DNA of 64,000 nucleotides from a virus (lineage: Duplodnaviria; Caudoviricetes). A program made the translations under genes and the position numbers. The DNA lies in the IMG/VR virus record IMGVR_UViG_3300025121_000014, positions 168,945-232,944 of that record; one strand, 5' to 3'. How positions within the stretch are numbered: position 1 is the stretch's first letter; the number at the start of each line of letters is the position of its first letter. The notes below the pieces were generated by a model. The model saw only the letters and a list, made by a program, of their open reading frames with translations. It made no database searches and had not been told where the DNA came from. Positions 48,183-58,257 of the stretch are shown here, piece by piece.

Positions 48183-49076
48183 ATGAAAAAATTATTATTA
48201 TTATTAGCAAGTTTATTTCTTTTTATAAGTAATTTATTTACACAAAATTATACCGATACTATATATGAAAAAAGTGCAACCATTATAAATAATTATTATA
48301 TTGAAGATGACTATGATTATTATGATTCATATGATTACCGTATACACAGATTTCACAGAGATTATTTTTTTGCACCAAGGGTATATGTTTCATATAATTC
48401 ATGGTCATTTTCTTATTATAATTATTGGTCATTAGGTTATTATGATTATTATTATGATTATTATTATGATTATAACTATTGGTATTATACTACTAGGTAT
48501 AATCATTATTGGTATTATGGAAATTATTATAATCCTTATTGCAGTAATTACTGGTATTATGGAAATTATTATAATCCTTATTACAATTATGATAATAAAC
48601 CATTTAATAATGAATATTATGGTAATAGAAATAGAGTAGCTACAAATGGTAGTTCTAATAGAACGAATAATGGTGTAAGGTCAACTAATTCTATTACTAA
48701 CAAACCTGTTACTAATAGAATTGTTAGTAATAAACCTGTTACTAATAATAGAACTATACCATCAGAAAAACCAAAATATACTACACCTACAAGTTATAGT
48801 AAACCACGAGTTAGTAGTACAACAAATAATAACAGACAAAATAATTATAATCCTAGCTATACTAAACCTAGCACAACAAGATCTTATAATACAACACCAA
48901 CACGAAGTTCAACAAATATTAATAGTAATAAACCTAAAATAAATTCTACAACTTATTCTAAACCACAAACATCTACTGTAAAAAGTATTACACCAACACG
49001 AAGTTCAACAACAAGAAATACTATACCAACAAAACCACCTACCACACAAAGTTCAAGTTCTTCAAGAAAAAGATAA
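48183..49076 (+). CDS. Exported Tyr-rich and Ser/Thr/Arg-rich low-complexity protein
   Basis: Signal peptide MKKLLLLLASLFLFISNLFTQ; Y/D/N/W-rich core; S/T/R/P-rich tail. Confidence 0.7.
   Translation: MKKLLLLLASLFLFISNLFTQNYTDTIYEKSATIINNYYIEDDYDYYDSYDYRIHRFHRDYFFAPRVYVSYNSWSFSYYNYWSLGYYDYYYDYYYDYNYWYYTTRYNHYWYYGNYYNPYCSNYWYYGNYYNPYYNYDNKPFNNEYYGNRNRVATNGSSNRTNNGVRSTNSITNKPVTNRIVSNKPVTNNRTIPSEKPKYTTPTSYSKPRVSSTTNNNRQNNYNPSYTKPSTTRSYNTTPTRSSTNINSNKPKINSTTYSKPQTSTVKSITPTRSSTTRNTIPTKPPTTQSSSSSRKR
48510..48582 (+). repeat. 31-bp direct repeat, 42-bp period
   Basis: tggtattatggaaattattataatccttatt at 48510 and 48552 (encodes WYYGNYYNPY twice). Confidence 0.85.
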
Positions 49077-49079
49077 AAC

Positions 49080-49109
49080 AAAAAAGGGAAATATTAGTTT
49101 CCCTTTTTT
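49080..49109. terminator. Bidirectional intrinsic terminator
   Basis: AAAAAAGGGAAA-TATTAG-TTTCCCTTTTTT perfect 12-bp stem between convergent genes. Confidence 0.8.
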
Positions 49110-49240
49110 AAATTTTCATAATACCTTTTACGTCTTTTTTTACTTTTCATAGTTAATTTTAAACGATGTAATTTACGTTTCTTTTTGCCTTTTTTATCAA
49201 ATAATTTATTATCTTTTAATGTTTCTGTAGAATTTATCAT
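49094..49240 (-). CDS. Small highly basic protein (48 aa), possibly bS22-like
   Basis: Hand-translated MINSTETLKDNKLFDKKGKKKRKLHRLKLTMKSKKRRKRYYENLKKGN; follows 49254-49427 and stops inside the terminator. Confidence 0.5.
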   Translation of the reverse strand: MINSTETLKDNKLFDKKGKKKRKLHRLKLTMKSKKRRKRYYENLKKGN

Positions 49241-49253
49241 TATGAATTTTTAT

Positions 49254-49427
49254 TTATATATATTTATTTTTAATATTGTGAATTATTTTATTAATTTTTT
49301 TATATCGTTTTTCTAATAAATGTCTTTGAACAGCTTGATTCCAAGTTTCATCTGGTCTTAATCCTATTAAATCTTCATCAATAGATTTATCTGCTATTTT
49401 TTTTGCAATTGGTAATAACGATTTCAT
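49254..49427 (-). CDS. Small hypothetical protein (57 aa)
   Basis: Hand-translated MKSLLPIAKKIADKSIDEDLIGLRPDETWNQAVQRHLLEKRY...; starts 1 nt after the upstream stop. Confidence 0.55.
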   Translation of the reverse strand: MKSLLPIAKKIADKSIDEDLIGLRPDETWNQAVQRHLLEKRYKKINKIIHNIKNKYI

Positions 49428-49428
49428 A

Positions 49429-50622
49429 TTAACTAACTAAATATTTAAATAAATCAATTCTTTTTTTATTAATTTTTTCTAGAGTATATTTTTCTAAAAC
49501 TAATTCATTTAATGCTTCACCCATTTCTGTTACGGCACTAGGGTTTTCAACAAAAAATTTCATTTTATTAGCCCAACCCATTTTATCATTTTCATCAATT
49601 AAAAATCCGTGTTTTCCGTCTATCACATCTATTGTATATGGTCCAAAATTACTAGCAATAACTGGCATTTTATGAGCACCTGCTTCAATAATTTTTAATT
49701 GACTTTTAACCATATTAAATTTCATTCCTGATTTAAGAGGTGAAATAACAACATCGGCTTCATTATACATAGTACCATAAGTTAAAATAGGTTTAGTCCA
49801 TCTTCTTTGATAGAATTCGTCTTTAAATTTTTCATTATATCCATAATTTAACCTACCCATATCATCGTGTTTTCTCAACCAACTACTATGTTCACTGTTA
49901 GTAATCCATTTCCAACTATTAGTAAATATTGATTCAAATTGTGTCCAAACACTTCTTCTAGGATCATCCATATAAACCCCTGTTTGTGTTCTCATTCTTA
50001 AATCATATCCACACATAACCATTTGTGTTTTAGAAATAAATTCTTTATTAAATGATTTAAAAGAATCTTTTAATAACATTAAATCGGGTTTATGTGTAAT
50101 TCCGCCTCCCCAAATAAATCTTATTTTATCTGATTTTATCTTCTTAGGTATCCATTGAAATTCATTAGCGTTAACTGCATTCTCCACTATTAATACATTT
50201 TTATTAAATTCCATTATATCAGATGCAAAATAAGGTGTAGTTGTAGTAACATAATCAGCGGCAGATAATTGTGCTAAAACTGTTTCTTTAGAATTACTTT
50301 GTTTCCAATTTCTATAATTAATATGTGAGGGGTGAATTTCCCAATGATCATCAATATCAAATACTATTTTAATATTATATTTTTTAATTATACCATGAAA
50401 TTTCTCTGCATTAGTTCGATCTTTAAATGGAATTCCTTTATGATATACAATAATATTAAAATCTTTTAAATTTTCTTCAGTAAATCTAAATGTGAAATCA
50501 GTATTACTTAAAAAAGTAACTTCAATATCTGGATCATTTAATGCTAAATAAGGTGAATTAATCCTGTAATAACCTACACCGTCTTGGTCGTTACTAATAG
50601 CAAGAATTTTTATTTTATTCAT
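49429..50622 (-). CDS. GT-B (GT4-like) glycosyltransferase
   Basis: GVGYYRI, FDIDDHW, WGGGITH..D, KSQLKIIEAG, PVIASNFGPY. Confidence 0.8.
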   Translation of the reverse strand: MNKIKILAISNDQDGVGYYRINSPYLALNDPDIEVTFLSNTDFTFRFTEENLKDFNIIVYHKGIPFKDRTNAEKFHGIIKKYNIKIVFDIDDHWEIHPSHINYRNWKQSNSKETVLAQLSAADYVTTTTPYFASDIMEFNKNVLIVENAVNANEFQWIPKKIKSDKIRFIWGGGITHKPDLMLLKDSFKSFNKEFISKTQMVMCGYDLRMRTQTGVYMDDPRRSVWTQFESIFTNSWKWITNSEHSSWLRKHDDMGRLNYGYNEKFKDEFYQRRWTKPILTYGTMYNEADVVISPLKSGMKFNMVKSQLKIIEAGAHKMPVIASNFGPYTIDVIDGKHGFLIDENDKMGWANKMKFFVENPSAVTEMGEALNELVLEKYTLEKINKKRIDLFKYLVS

Positions 50623-50740
50623 ATATAAACATTTATGTTATTTTTTAATATTATATTGATAAAGGTTATGATGGAGTATCAAAAAATTTTATATATAATA
50701 TGTATTAATTAATTGTATTATAAAAAAATAATAAAGTTTT

Positions 50741-52177
50741 GTGTTAGTAAAAGAAAAAATTAACGTTAAAATTAAAAATAAAAGACAATTATATTCATTA
50801 AATAAAAATGGTATTAAAGGATTAGTTGGTGATGTAGTAGAAATGTTAATTAGTGAATTACCTATTGGATCTCATGAAATTATTCAAATAAAATGTGATA
50901 ATTGCGGTAAACTTAAAGATATGCAATTTAATAATTATTATAGATCAACAAACGGATTAACAGAAGAATATTATTGTAAAAATAAAGAATGTGTGAATAT
51001 AAAAAGAACATTAAATATTAGAAAAAAATATGGTGTAGATAATGTTTTTCAATTAAATGATGTAAAAGAAAAAATAAAAGAAACAAATTTAGAAAGATAT
51101 GGTGTCGAAAACCCTCAACAAAACAAAAAGATAAAAGAAAAAACAGAAGCAACAAATTTAGAAAGATATGGATTTAGAAATCAGTTTCAATGTAATTTAA
51201 TTAAAGAAAAAATAAAAGAAACAAACTTAGAAAGATATGGTGTTGAATATCCCCAACAAAGTAAAGAAATAAGATCAAAATATTCAACATTACACAAATC
51301 ATCTAAAGTAGAAAATGAATTATTATTATTTATTAAAAATAATTATGATAGTGAAATAGTATCAAATTCTAAAAAAATTATATTAGGGTATGAATTAGAT
51401 ATTTATATACCTGATTTAAAGTTAGCATTCGAATTTAATGGATTATATTGGCATAATGAATTAAGTAAAGATAAAAATTATCATCTTATAAAAACCGATT
51501 CTTGTGAAAAGCAAAATATCCAATTAATTCATATTTATGAAGATGATTGGGAATTTAAAAGGGATATAGTCAAATCAATGATTTTAAATAAGTTAGGTAA
51601 AACAATAAATAAAATATATGCAAGAAAAACTGAAATTAAAGAAATAACTGATAATAAATTAGTTAGGGGATTTTTAAATGAAAATCATATTCAAGGTTTT
51701 GTAGGATCATCAATTAAATTAGGATTGTTTTATGAAAATGAATTAGTTAGTTTAATGACTTTTGGTAAAAAACGTAAAATAATGAATGGGATTTCAAATA
51801 ATAGTGAATTAGAAATGTTACGTTTTTGTAATAAATTAAATACTAATGTTATAGGTGGTGCTTCAAAATTATTTAAATATTTTATAAGAAATTATAATTT
51901 TAAAGAAATAACTACATATGCAGATAGAAGTCAATCAAATGGAAAACTATATGAAATTTTAGGATTTAATTTTATACATAAAACAGAACCCAATTATTTT
52001 TATGTTGTTAATAGAAAAAGAGAATTTAGATTTAAATATAGAAAAGATGTTTTGATTAAAGAAGGTTATAATGCTAATAAATCAGAACATGAAATTATGT
52101 TAGAAAGAGGAATTTATAGAATTTATAATTCGGGAAATATAAAATATGTTCATACTTTAGATAATGTGTTTGACTAA
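50741..52177 (+). CDS. Hef-like homing endonuclease (23-aa repeats, PD-(D/E)XK nuclease, GNAT-like C-terminal domain)
   Basis: KETNLERYG repeats; ELDIYIPDLKLAFEFNGLYWH; C-terminal YARK..RFCNK..GGASKL..YADR. GTG start. Confidence 0.8.
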   Translation: MLVKEKINVKIKNKRQLYSLNKNGIKGLVGDVVEMLISELPIGSHEIIQIKCDNCGKLKDMQFNNYYRSTNGLTEEYYCKNKECVNIKRTLNIRKKYGVDNVFQLNDVKEKIKETNLERYGVENPQQNKKIKEKTEATNLERYGFRNQFQCNLIKEKIKETNLERYGVEYPQQSKEIRSKYSTLHKSSKVENELLLFIKNNYDSEIVSNSKKIILGYELDIYIPDLKLAFEFNGLYWHNELSKDKNYHLIKTDSCEKQNIQLIHIYEDDWEFKRDIVKSMILNKLGKTINKIYARKTEIKEITDNKLVRGFLNENHIQGFVGSSIKLGLFYENELVSLMTFGKKRKIMNGISNNSELEMLRFCNKLNTNVIGGASKLFKYFIRNYNFKEITTYADRSQSNGKLYEILGFNFIHKTEPNYFYVVNRKREFRFKYRKDVLIKEGYNANKSEHEIMLERGIYRIYNSGNIKYVHTLDNVFD

Positions 52178-52194
52178 GATAGATTATTTATATT

Positions 52195-52203
52195 TAATAT
52201 ATA
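52195..52203 (+). promoter_or_regulatory. TAATATATA motif
   Basis: Exact motif 27 nt upstream of the 52231 ATG. Confidence 0.5.
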
Positions 52204-52230
52204 GATAAAAAGTAATAAGTTTTATATACC

Positions 52231-54369
52231 ATGTCAACTTACTCAAAAAGAATAAAAATCCAATCAAATGTATTAATTGAATATATATTTGATAATAATA
52301 ATTTTAAATCAGAAAATTTTAATGTATTAACTAATGTTAAAGAACATTCTAAAAGTTTTTTATCAACATCTAATATAAATAATTATGATAATAGTTTATT
52401 TTTAATAGATTCTGTATTAAGTAAATATTCTAAAATGGATATTGAAAATTTTAATTATTTAAGAAATACAAAATATTTTACATCACCTGTACCGTATGAT
52501 AAAATAAAAATATATTTTCCAAGTGGGTTTGATTTTTATGATGATTATTTAGGATTTTATATAAACATATATATAAAAGGATATTCAGATAATACAAAAT
52601 ATTCTTTTTCTAATTTTCATTATTTAAAATCAAATACAAATGCAATAACATTATTTGAATTACCAGTGCCTTTTTATTATGATGAAAAATTTTGGGTTAG
52701 AAGTTTTGATTTAGATATACCATCAGTTGATACTGTATCATCACAAAGATTAATTACTAATACATCAAATACTGTCATACCAAATAGCATTAATCAAAAT
52801 TTAACTTATGGTGAAGGAATATCATCTACATCTCCAATATTTATTGATTTTCGTTTTATAACAGCAACAAAAACAATATTAGATATCCCATATTATTTTA
52901 CAGGAGATGCATATTCAGCATCATTACCACAAACACCAGAATTTAAGGAGTTAGGTATTAATGTAACAGAATCTTTAAATGGAGATTTTTTTGAAATATA
53001 TGCTACTTATTTAGGTTCAAATGAAAATATGGATGAATTTATAGCAGAAGAAGAAGCAAAAGGAAATAATATACAATTAGAATATGTTGTTAATTTATAT
53101 GAAGAAAATATTTTAACAATAACACAAACATTTCAAGTAACAGATAATTTTACAAAAAAAATGTTTTATAGACCAGTTATACAATTTTCTAATACTACTG
53201 CTGTTATTGATGTAGAATTAAAAATTGTTAATGTAATAGATGGTAGTTATATTTCTAAATTTGGATCATTAGGTATAACAAATAGTATTAATAAATATGG
53301 GTTAAGATTAAGTCAATTAAATATGAATGCAGGTGTTTTAAATCCAGAAATTTTTAATTTAAAAATTAAAAATACTATGAGTGTTTCAGGACAAATTAAT
53401 TCAATTATAGATGTTATGAAAGTACCATACCCTATAATGGTAGACAAATATAGAATTTTAACAAAAAGTACAAATGCTTCACCAGGAACTAATGATTATA
53501 CTCCTAATGGTTTATTAGAAATATTAATAACATCATTTGATAATGTTATTAATTTTAATATAGCAAAAGATATAAATTCAAAAGGTGAACCAATACCTTA
53601 TGATTTGTCAGAAATAAATACAAATTCTAAAATACTTTTAGTTTTTAAATCTGATAGTGAAAAATTAGAAAAAGAAATATTTTATGAAGGTGATAATAAT
53701 TACGAAATAGGTAATATATATTATAAATTACAAGAAAAAGATTATAATATTTTAAGAAGGATTTATAATAAAGGTTATAATAATTTTTATATTATTGTTA
53801 GTGCATCTGGTATTAATACACAAGTATATTCAGGTAAATTTTTATTTTATGAAGACGTTACATTTGTAAATAAGTCTACAACAGGAACAACGAGTGAATC
53901 GGTATCAAAAGGAGATCAAGAAATTATAAACACAGAAAGTATAGATAATGTAAATCCAAATGATAAAACAAATATGGATTTATATTATGAAGATAAATTA
54001 ATTGATAAAGGATATTACAATGCAATTGTTTACATTAAAGCATTGAGCGGGGCAGCAGGTGGATACATTAAAACGGATGCTAATAAATATTTTGTTAATA
54101 ATAATTTTAAAATTAAATTTAAACGTAATGATATTATGTATTATATAGAAAGAATTTACATTAAAGATTTAGTAGAATTAGAAAAACAAACATTTATAGA
54201 TACTGTTTATAGATTAGAATTAGGATTAGGTCAATCAAATAAAAAACGAAAAACAACTAAAATAAAACAAGTCGAAAAAGATACGGTTTATAAAAAACCA
54301 AAAAAACCATCAGGTGATATAGACGATAAATTAAATCAAATTAATATTGCAAAAAAGAATGAAAAATAA
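52231..54369 (+). CDS. Large hypothetical protein, possible structural protein
   Basis: 712-aa beta-rich ORF near the tail-tube-like gene. Confidence 0.55.
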   Translation: MSTYSKRIKIQSNVLIEYIFDNNNFKSENFNVLTNVKEHSKSFLSTSNINNYDNSLFLIDSVLSKYSKMDIENFNYLRNTKYFTSPVPYDKIKIYFPSGFDFYDDYLGFYINIYIKGYSDNTKYSFSNFHYLKSNTNAITLFELPVPFYYDEKFWVRSFDLDIPSVDTVSSQRLITNTSNTVIPNSINQNLTYGEGISSTSPIFIDFRFITATKTILDIPYYFTGDAYSASLPQTPEFKELGINVTESLNGDFFEIYATYLGSNENMDEFIAEEEAKGNNIQLEYVVNLYEENILTITQTFQVTDNFTKKMFYRPVIQFSNTTAVIDVELKIVNVIDGSYISKFGSLGITNSINKYGLRLSQLNMNAGVLNPEIFNLKIKNTMSVSGQINSIIDVMKVPYPIMVDKYRILTKSTNASPGTNDYTPNGLLEILITSFDNVINFNIAKDINSKGEPIPYDLSEINTNSKILLVFKSDSEKLEKEIFYEGDNNYEIGNIYYKLQEKDYNILRRIYNKGYNNFYIIVSASGINTQVYSGKFLFYEDVTFVNKSTTGTTSESVSKGDQEIINTESIDNVNPNDKTNMDLYYEDKLIDKGYYNAIVYIKALSGAAGGYIKTDANKYFVNNNFKIKFKRNDIMYYIERIYIKDLVELEKQTFIDTVYRLELGLGQSNKKRKTTKIKQVEKDTVYKKPKKPSGDIDDKLNQINIAKKNEK

Positions 54370-54387
54370 TAATATTTAATGAAAATA

Positions 54388-56112
54388 TTATTGTTCAGGA
54401 ATTTTTAAGTATTTAAATTTTAAATTACCAGAATTATAAATTCTATAAATCTTTCTTTCTAACATAATTTGGTGTTCGGTTTTATTAGCATCGTATCCTT
54501 CTTTAATTAAAATATCTTTTCTAAAATTAAATCTATGATGTCTGATATTATCGATAACATAATAATAATTTGGTTTAGATGTATGTATATATTTGAATCC
54601 TAATATTTCATATAATTTACCATTCGAATGACTTTTATCTGCATATGTGATTATTTCTTCAAAATCGTAATTCTTAATAAAATATTTAAATAATTTTGAA
54701 GCACCTCCAATTATATTTGTATTTAATTTATTACAATATCTAAGCATTTCAAATTGTCCTTCACTCGAAGTCGAATTCATAGCTTTTCTCAATTTACCAA
54801 AAGTCATTAATGATACCAATTCATTTTGAAAGAATAATCCTATTTTTACTTTTGAACCAACAAATCCTTGAATATGATTTTTATTTAAAAATTCTCTGAC
54901 TAATTTATTATCAACTACTTCTTTTACTTCAGTTTTTCTTGCATAAATTTTATTTAATGATTTACCTAACTTATTTAAAATCATTGATTTGATTACATCT
55001 TGTTTATAAATCCAATCATCTTCATATATATGAATAAGATTAATTCCTATTTTTTCACATAAATCGGATTTATTTTTATGATAGTTATTCGGTTTATTCA
55101 ATTCGTTGTGCCAATAAACTCCATTAAATTCAAATGCTAACTTTAAATCAGGTAAATAAATATCTAATTCTTTACCGTTTAATATTTTTCTATCATTTGT
55201 AATAATTTCTTTATCGTAATTTTCTTTTATAAAATCATAAAAGAAAATTTCTTTACCAGATGTTGTTCCATTATTTGGATTACATATTAAGCATTGTTTA
55301 GTATTAATTGCTTTTCTATTTTGAAATATAGACATAGATGTTTTAAATGTATGATTTTTTTTACAGTCACAGATCATTTCTAATTGTTTATTGTTATAAT
55401 CGACTGATAATATATTTGGATATTTTTTAATTAAATTTAATGATTTTGTAGCAATAACTTTATTAATAATATTGATATTTTGCATTGGATTATTATAACC
55501 GTATTTTTCTAAATTTGTTTTTATAGTTTTTGGTTTATTATTAAATGTGCTATCATTATATTTTTCTAATTTAGTTTTTTTTATTTTATTTTTTATATTA
55601 TTATTTTTATTAGGGTGTTCTACACCATACTTTTCTAAATTTGTTTTTTTATATTTATTTTTAGTTTCTGTTAATTGCATGATATGTTTTACCCCATATC
55701 TTTTTAAATTTGTTTTTATCTTTTTATTTTCGAATTCGTTTATCATAGACGACCTAACTACACCATATTTTTCTAAATTAGTTTCGTTTGTTTTCTTTTT
55801 AATTTCAATATTTTTCATTGGATGATCAACACCATATTTTTCTAAATTTGTTTCTTTATTTTTAATATATGAACATTTTTTACAATAATATTTTTCTATT
55901 AATCCATTTGATAATTTATGATATGTTCTGAATTCCATACTTTTAATTAAACCACATATATCACATTTAGCATCTATTTTTAAATGACTTCCCTTATTTA
56001 TATCTTTACTTTTAACGCTAATATGATCTTTTAAATTAGCATCATATCCTTTATTCAAAAAATATTTATGATTATATTTATTTATTTGTAATGTTATATA
56101 ATCATCAATCAT
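54388..56112 (-). CDS. Hef-like homing endonuclease (paralog of 50741-52177)
   Basis: KETNLEKYG repeats; ELDIYLPDLKLAFEFNGVYWH; same C-terminal domain. Confidence 0.8.
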   Translation of the reverse strand: MIDDYITLQINKYNHKYFLNKGYDANLKDHISVKSKDINKGSHLKIDAKCDICGLIKSMEFRTYHKLSNGLIEKYYCKKCSYIKNKETNLEKYGVDHPMKNIEIKKKTNETNLEKYGVVRSSMINEFENKKIKTNLKRYGVKHIMQLTETKNKYKKTNLEKYGVEHPNKNNNIKNKIKKTKLEKYNDSTFNNKPKTIKTNLEKYGYNNPMQNINIINKVIATKSLNLIKKYPNILSVDYNNKQLEMICDCKKNHTFKTSMSIFQNRKAINTKQCLICNPNNGTTSGKEIFFYDFIKENYDKEIITNDRKILNGKELDIYLPDLKLAFEFNGVYWHNELNKPNNYHKNKSDLCEKIGINLIHIYEDDWIYKQDVIKSMILNKLGKSLNKIYARKTEVKEVVDNKLVREFLNKNHIQGFVGSKVKIGLFFQNELVSLMTFGKLRKAMNSTSSEGQFEMLRYCNKLNTNIIGGASKLFKYFIKNYDFEEIITYADKSHSNGKLYEILGFKYIHTSKPNYYYVIDNIRHHRFNFRKDILIKEGYDANKTEHQIMLERKIYRIYNSGNLKFKYLKIPEQ

Positions 56113-56158
56113 AGATATAGTTTTTTCTTATATATAAAAAATTATGAAGATTGTTTTT

Positions 56159-56167
56159 TAATATATA
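56159..56167 (+). promoter_or_regulatory. TAATATATA motif
   Basis: Exact motif 19 nt upstream of the 56187 ATG. Confidence 0.5.
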
Positions 56168-56186
56168 ATTTAAAATAATCTAAAAA

Positions 56187-56834
56187 ATGAGAATAAGTTC
56201 GCAGAATAATCAATTCATATTTAATTTACCAGAAGATTTTATATCTCGTAGATTAGAAGAACAATTTCAATTATTAATGGATAATAATTTAATACCATAT
56301 GCAGATGTTATGGCATATATTAATTCTACAATTAAAGATATAGTTTTTCCGAGTTTATCATATAATACAGTTGAACAAACTATATATCATGGTAAAAAAG
56401 TAAATTGGAGAGAATCGGGTAGTGTTACAGATAAATTTCAACATGAATTAGATGTCAATTTTCGATCAGTAGATTCTCATTTAAATTATTTTATTATTCT
56501 ACAAATATTAAATGATTTTTATTTACAAAAACCAAATTATTTAGATGCAATATCAATAAAAGTATTAAATAACGAAGGTGATTTAATTTATACAGTAATA
56601 TTTAAAGATATTATTTATAAATCATTATCAGAATTAAGAATGGCTTATTATAAAACAGATTTTAATGAACAAGTTTTTACTGTTCAATTTAATTATACCT
56701 GGATAGATATAGTTTGGGAATTAAATGAAGAAAGTCCAAGTGATGGTTTATCTATATTTGATATTCCAATTGTTGAAGTAGATCCGAGAGATACAAAAAG
56801 ATTAGAAACAGAACATAAAAAAAGATTAAGTTAA
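56187..56834 (+). CDS. Tail-tube-like protein (T4 gp19/gp54 fold)
   Basis: IVFPSLS, ELDVNFR.VD..LNY, IKVLN.EG....V.F, VFTVQFNY: pattern typical of tube proteins. Confidence 0.6.
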   Translation: MRISSQNNQFIFNLPEDFISRRLEEQFQLLMDNNLIPYADVMAYINSTIKDIVFPSLSYNTVEQTIYHGKKVNWRESGSVTDKFQHELDVNFRSVDSHLNYFIILQILNDFYLQKPNYLDAISIKVLNNEGDLIYTVIFKDIIYKSLSELRMAYYKTDFNEQVFTVQFNYTWIDIVWELNEESPSDGLSIFDIPIVEVDPRDTKRLETEHKKRLS

Positions 56835-56901
56835 ATTTAAACTTTTAAATTACTTCAATATATATACCTTAAATAAGTATTAATTTAAAAACAAAAAAAA
56901 A

Positions 56902-58155
56902 ATGATAAAAGAAGAAATTGTAGATCAATCTACAAAAAAAATAGAATGGCAATTATCCAATAACGATTTTGATTTTGATAATGTTATATTAGATAATCGT
57001 ATTCCTAAATTTAAAGATCTCATAGAAGAATTAAATAATTCGGTTGGTAAATTTAATTCGGAAACAATGAGCAAATTTAAATTATATGAAAGATATGTTA
57101 ATGTCGGTCAAATAAATGTAGGTATGATTATTAATGGTGCTATAATAGAAATTAACAGCAAAGAAGTTGTAATCGATATAGGTGGAAAGGATAATATTTT
57201 TATTGATAGAAAAGGATCAGAAGATAAAATTTGTAGACAATTAAAAATAGGTCAATTTATTGATGTTTTAATTACAGATGTTAATGAATCTCCATACCTT
57301 ATTAAAGGTTCTGTTGCAGAATTAGTTAAATATAATGTGGAGCAAAAAATGAAAATTTATTTTGTAGAAAATACACCAATTATTTGTTTCATTAAAGAAA
57401 TAATTCCTGCTGGTTATTTAGTAGATATCGAAATCGAAGGTATAGTTATTGATGCATTTATGCCTAATACATTAGCTGATGTAAATAAATTATACGATAA
57501 TAATATATTATTAAATCAACGAGTTTATGTTATGTTAGAAACATTACAACAAGATAAAGGAATTTATGTTGTTAGTAGAAAAAAATACCTTAAAACTTTA
57601 ATTCCAGAAAAAATTAAAGAACTTAAAAAATTTGATAAAAATAAAGTATATGAAGGTAGAGTAACTGGAACTAGAAGTTTTGGAATATTTATTCAATTTG
57701 AAGAATGTCTTACTGGTATGATACATAAAGCTAATATTAGAGAAGATTATCAAAATAAAATAAATGAAATTGAACCAGGAACTTTAATAGATTTTTATAT
57801 TAAAGACGTTATTAAAGGTGGTAGCCAAATTATTTTGACACAAATTCTTACTGATTCGTTATGGGATACGATTAGAGTAGGTGATACGATTGAAGGTAAA
57901 GTAATAACAGTTAAACCATTTGGTGCTCTTATCGAATTAGATTATGAAACAAACGGCTTAATCCAAACTTCTTACATTAATAAAAATAATAAAAAATTAT
58001 TAAGTGGTGATAAAATTAAAGTAGTTGTTATTTCAATAATAAGGGACGATAGAAAAATTTATTTAACATTTGATGATGATACTGAAACTGTTAATAGATT
58101 AAAAGATAAATCAAATGATTTAGAAAAATTAAAACAGAAATATAGTAGAAATTAA
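56902..58155 (+). CDS. rpsA: Ribosomal protein S1-like (four S1 domains)
   Basis: GAIIEINSKEVVIDIGGK, AFMP, VVSRKKYL, GRVTGTRSFGIFI...GMIH, GKVITVKPFGALIEL...GLI. Confidence 0.85.
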   Translation: MIKEEIVDQSTKKIEWQLSNNDFDFDNVILDNRIPKFKDLIEELNNSVGKFNSETMSKFKLYERYVNVGQINVGMIINGAIIEINSKEVVIDIGGKDNIFIDRKGSEDKICRQLKIGQFIDVLITDVNESPYLIKGSVAELVKYNVEQKMKIYFVENTPIICFIKEIIPAGYLVDIEIEGIVIDAFMPNTLADVNKLYDNNILLNQRVYVMLETLQQDKGIYVVSRKKYLKTLIPEKIKELKKFDKNKVYEGRVTGTRSFGIFIQFEECLTGMIHKANIREDYQNKINEIEPGTLIDFYIKDVIKGGSQIILTQILTDSLWDTIRVGDTIEGKVITVKPFGALIELDYETNGLIQTSYINKNNKKLLSGDKIKVVVISIIRDDRKIYLTFDDDTETVNRLKDKSNDLEKLKQKYSRN

Positions 58156-58175
58156 ATATGTATAATTTCCTTATT

Positions 58176-58212
58176 TAAAAATCCCTGAATTTTTCTTTAT
58201 CGGGGATTTTTA
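58176..58212 (+). terminator. Intrinsic terminator after rpsA
   Basis: TAAAAATCCCTGA...TCGGGGATTTTTA 13-bp stem with one G-U pair. Confidence 0.7.
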
Positions 58213-58216
58213 GTTT

Positions 58217-58225
58217 TAATATATA
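58217..58225 (+). promoter_or_regulatory. TAATATATA motif
   Basis: Exact motif just after the terminator, 32 nt upstream of the 58258 ATG. Confidence 0.55.
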
Positions 58226-58257
58226 AAAAATCACACAAAATCAATTAAATATAAAAT

